From assembly GCF_009914755.1 (NCBI RefSeq), contig NC_060925.1: a DNA stretch of 64,000 bases, one strand, 5' to 3'. Numbering within the stretch: position 1 is the stretch's first letter; each line of letters opens with the position of its first letter. The translations under genes were made by a program, and so were the position numbers. The notes under the pieces were generated by a model. The model ran no database searches. It worked only from the letters and a program-made list of their open reading frames with translations, and was not told the DNA's origin. Below are positions 58,891 through 64,000 of this stretch, one piece after another. This DNA is from the human T2T-CHM13v2.0 reference genome, Homo sapiens.

Positions 58891-59178
58891 GGCCGGGCGA
58901 GGTGGTTCACACCTGTAATCTCAGCACTTTGGGAGGCTGAGGCAGGTAGATCACTTGAGGTTAGGAGTTCGAGACCAGTGTGGCCAATGTGATGAAATCC
59001 TGTCTCTACTAAAAATGTAAAAATTAGGCAGATGTGGTGGTGTGCTCCCAGATACTCAGGAGACTGAGACAGGAGAATCATTTGAACCTGAGAGACAGAG
59101 GTTGCAGTGAACCAAGATCACCCCACTGCACTCCAGCCTGGGAGACAGTGAGACCGTGTCAAAAAAAAAAAAAAAAAA
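58891..59178 (+). mobile_element. AluS element
   Basis: Full dimer; perfect TSD AAACCTGAAATT (58879, 59176). Confidence 0.96.
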
Positions 59179-59795
59179 CCTGAAATTTCTTTGCTTTAAT
59201 TGCAACCTGTCCAATCCCAGAATGTATCTATGTACAGCTTATGTGATAATGATACCTTTTTTAAAAAATTGACATTTGATATTTGGTACATAAAAATAAT
59301 AAATAGGACATAGAAACAGTAAGGCATTGAAATAAGACAATAATCGCCAAACTACTATCCAACGTAATTATAATTTTACCTACCCATCCCAATAACCTCA
59401 GCCTAACAATGTATGTGCTTAAATCTCTTTCCACCTCCCTGCCTCACTCCTTTTCTTTCCTTTGTAAACACATTTTTGCTACATGAGTATGTATGTCTTA
59501 AATCCTGTATTATTTAGTTTTGCTTGTTTTTCAGTTTGTCAAATAATATAATGCACTAATAATCTTTAAAAATATAGTTTGCTGAACCTTATTTTTTAGG
59601 AATTCAGCCATGTCACTGGTGTACTTGCAGTTCTTTTACTTCTAATGCTGTGCTCTATTTCCTTGTGGTAATCTATTATAGTTTGTTGATAATCTTCCAT
59701 TTGTTTGAAGAGTTTTCACTGCAAAAAATTCTGCAATGAATATGTTTAATAGATAAATGAGTTTCTCCAAAAAAAACTCATTAAAGTTTGGTGTT

Positions 59796-60129
<334 letters not shown>

Positions 60130-60264
60130 CTAGTTTCCTAAAATATTATCCAAGTTAGACTTCAGTAGTGTGTAAAATTTCTATATCCTTTCCATTATAT
60201 TATGTTTACAAACTTCTTTATTTGGGGCCGTCTACTGTTTGTGATGTAGTAGTATCTCAATGTA

Positions 60265-60499
60265 TAAATTTGAGTACCCCATGTTGGAAATACTTAGAAC
60301 CTGAAGTGTTTCGGATTTCAATTTTTTTTCAAATTCTGTAATATTTGCATTATACCAGTTAAGCATCCTTCATCTAAAAGCCCGAAAGTTGAAACGACTC
60401 AACGAGAACTTCCTTTGAGCATCATATCAGTGCTCAAAAAATTACGATTTTGGAAAATTTTGGATTTTGGATTTTCAGATTAGGGATATTTAAGGTTTA
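60265..60499. mobile_element. Tigger4a (MER46A/Zombi) MITE
   Basis: ttgagtaccc...gaagtgtttcggattt...tcctttgagcatcat...tcagtgctcaaaaa...cagattagggat. Confidence 0.85.
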
Positions 60500-61386
60500 C
60501 TCTTAATTTTCATACTTCTGCTCCCTACTTAGGTTTATGCATTTTCATATATTTCTCATCATTTGTGGTTCACTTTCTGAACTATCTGTTCATCAGATTT
60601 TTTTGTAGTTGTGTTATTTTTAATTTTTTTCTTATGTTCAGAAACATATATATATATATGCCTAATAAAGGATTACTACCTAAAGTGCAGAAATTAATAT
60701 TTAGTCATTGGCATTTCTAAAAACTAAAGTTGTACTTTTAAAACATTTAAATTAAATGCCACCTTAACCTTCTATAAAAAGTTAATGACTAATTATTTTG
60801 TTAGGCAATAATATAATGTCTGCAGCACTTACATTATTGTTATTATTTTCTTTGAAAGCCTGGATCAATCATATTTGATATTGCAACACTCTCCAGCAAT
60901 GCATAAATTTCCTATGTGGTTTTCCTCTTAAAGTATATAAAGTAATTTATACACTTTAGGTAGTAATCCTTTATTAGGCATAAAAATTGCAAAGTTTCCA
61001 ATTTCAGCTTAAATATCTCTTGGGTATATCTTTTCATAAACAAAATATTTTCACATTTATGTGGTAAAATTTATCAATTATTTACTGCAATATGCATACT
61101 TTCTGTATCTTGAGAAATCCTATTTATTATAACCTAAAGACAAACATAATTACTACTATAGCTAAAATTTGTGCAGCTTTACAAAAAACATTTACATTTA
61201 ATCTATCAGAAATTAACTTATGTATATAGCATAAGAGATTATTTCATTCTTTTTCTTTTCCTCCAATAAAAATAATACACTATCCCACCGTCATTTTTAG
61301 CATAGCCTTTTCTTCCCCAGAAATGTTTAAAGCTGCTTTCTCTGTATCTAGGATGTAAGAGATTTATTTCTAAGATATAAATTTTC

Positions 61387-61671
61387 TTTTTTTTAAATTA
61401 TACTTTAAGTTTTAGGGTACATGTGCACAACGTGCAGGTTAGTTACACATGTATATATGTGCCATGTTGGTGTGCTGCACTCATTAACTCATCATTTAAC
61501 ATTAGGTATATCTTCTAATGCTATCCCTCCCCCCTCACCCCACCCCACAACAGGCCCCGTTGTGTGATGTTCCCCTTCCTGTGTCCATGTGTTCTCATTG
61601 TTCAATTCCCACCTATGAGTGAGAACATGCAGTGTTTAATTTTTTGTCCTTGCGATAGTTTGCTGAGAATG
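61387..61671 (-). mobile_element. Short L1PA3-like 3' end
   Basis: TTAGTTAC and CATTTAACATTAGG diagnostics; imperfect TSD AGATATAAATTTTC / AGATCTAAATTCTC. Confidence 0.92.
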
Positions 61672-64000
61672 TTTCTTTAGATCTAAATTCTCTTGAGAAA
61701 TTTTTTTTATCTCTTCCTTAATACCACACTCTGTCTCTAAGAATAGTTTTATTATAATATCAAGTAGGTATATCAGATCTCTCTCTCATGGTAGGATCTC
61801 AGTTTATGTTTTTTATTCCAGAATATGTTGGTTTTTCATTTCCATTTCCTCTATCACAAAAATATGTTAGCATCAATATCCTCATAAAATACTTTAAAAA
61901 GCTAATTCAAATTGCAATTATTTTACTGACAAATTTGAGGATAATTACATATTTACAATACTAAGCCTATTCAATCATGAACATAGTTTATCACAAAATT
62001 TATTTAGGAAACCTTAATGGGCTTCAATAATGTTTTATGTTTTCTCTATAAAATCCTATATACATTATAGTATCTTTTTTCTAGATAGCTTAGTGTTTCA
62101 TTACTGTAAAATTATATTGAATTTGAGTTTCTGAATATTTACTGGTGCTGTGTTAAATTGCTGTTTTTTGTACTTTGGACTTACAGCAAACATTATTGGT
62201 AGATTCTGTCAATTCTAATAAATGTTCTGAGATAAGTTGAAAGTATTAAAGTATGATCGCTTGCGAATTTTGATTATTTCTTTTTCCTCCTTATATTATT
62301 TTATATATTTTCTGGCATTATTTTCACTGGCTAAAAATAGAAAATCCACTATATTGTTAAGTATAATTAAAAAAGGTGTATCATCATCTTGCTATGATTT
62401 TTAAGAAAATATTTCTACCATTTCCACATTAAGAATAATAATTGCTTAATTGTTGGCATATATGATTGTGACTCCTCATGTTTAAAACTGGAAAGGCAGA
62501 CATTTGGCACTCAATAAATATCTTTGGAATGGATAAATTAAAGGGGCAAATGACGCAAGGAATTCAAATAATGCAGAGGCCACATTGCTAGAGTAAGTTA
62601 TTATATCTTTTTCATATAAATTTCATACTTGTTCATAGGCAGGAGATAACATTAAGCACATTTTAATTATACTTGAATTTACTCCCATAAAATAATTCTC
62701 ATGAAAAATGACCTCAACATGTCTTAATTACTTATTTTATTTGTGCATATATGATAGTGTATGTATCTGAGCACCAGTTACCTGATCTAGAGGGAAGCTG
62801 GTAATGCCTCTGAAGATTATTCAAAGCATGGTTTAAGGTGACTACCACAATTACAAGCTTCATTTTCTCATAAAGCTTTTCTGAGAACTGTGAAAGCTTA
62901 ACTAAATGTTAGCAACTTGACAGGCTGCTCCTGGAAAAGGAATTTTTATTTCTAAATTACTATTCTGTAGACCCCATAATACTTAATCTTTTTAAGTGCC
63001 ATAGTGATTCAGAGTAGATAAAATTGAAATGCATGTTTTCCAGAAGACAGGGACTGAAACCTATTAAGCCAGAAAACCTAGGCCATTAATTTTCCTGTAC
63101 CATTTGTAATGGGAGTTTTGTGATAGACTTGTGACTGATCCCTTTCCTCAGAGATCATTTCCTGGCTCTGTCTGTGTTCAAGATATAGTATCATCCCCCT
63201 GATAATAGGTATTTGTTACTTGGCAACAAGTTCTACTTGTATACACTACAATTCGTAGTTGATATATCTACACATTCTCTCCAAAAATGAATAGTTATGA
63301 TGTTTTTCATTGAAATAACGTATAAATTGAACTGAATGCTTTAAAAATTCAAACAAATTCTGCCATCAGCTATGAAAAGTAATATTAAACAGCACAATAA
63401 CTTAGACCTAAAATAAACATATTCAGCTAGAATAAGTATCAATATCTCATCTCATTATTACTTTGGCTTTAAAAAGTTTACAGTGAATAAAAGTCGAAGT
63501 AATAAAAATATAATATGTTTTCTTTAAGAAATGAATGGGGAGACAACTTCAATTGAATAAATTTCCTCAATTTCAATGGAGAGATTTTAGTTGAACTTTA
63601 AATTCAGAACAAGTAAACACTGATGAAGCTGTTTGAAAGCTGAATTTGATCTAAGATTATCTCAATAATATAAAAATATTTATTGGAAAAGTAGAATTTT
63701 CTAGTTGCTGCGATTTGTGTAGCATTATATACATCTTGGCTCAAAAATAAAATAAAATAACATACCATAAGATAAAACAGAACTTTCTACAATTTTGCCT
63801 GTCATAAAGAGAACTGAGGGTGATTCAGGATAACTTAAGTTCCCAATAGTATGAAAATTTAAGTGAAAATTGAATTATGTTTTAAGAGGAAAACCACATA
63901 GGAAATTTATGCATTGATGGAGAGTGTTGCAATATCAAATATGATCGATCCAGGCTTTCAAAGAAAATAATAACAATAATGTAAGTGCGGCAGACATTAT

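Overview
Non-coding, AT-rich, CpG-poor primate genomic DNA. AluY, L1PA3/4-type and MER11 insertions point to a hominoid, probably human, gene desert or very large intron. I find no cellular protein-coding gene, structural RNA gene or CRISPR array. Every recognisable protein in the ORF track is a decayed LINE-1 ORF1/ORF2 or Alu read-through. The window is dominated by four large L1s: an L1MA2-type 5' half with a shuffled ORF2 (1178-6210), a 5'-truncated L1PA4-like element (8957-12719), a near full-length L1MA2 (21270-29220) and a twin-primed L1PA16/17 (49727-54372). It also holds Alus, MaLR/ERV solo LTRs (including a complete MER11A-like LTR), MIR/L2 relics and Tigger/hAT/mariner DNA transposons. 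I could not support a new biological system. The best observations are mechanistic fossils (a three-piece L1 rearrangement, two twin-priming inversions, an Alu inserted on an L1 junction, a trimeric Alu, a one-armed MADE1, a tail-less L1 patch) and a few regulatory candidates (MER11A GATA/HNF4 repeat array, motif clusters in unique sequence, a possible 36-nt exon). Subfamily names come from my memory of consensus sequences and need RepeatMasker/Dfam confirmation.
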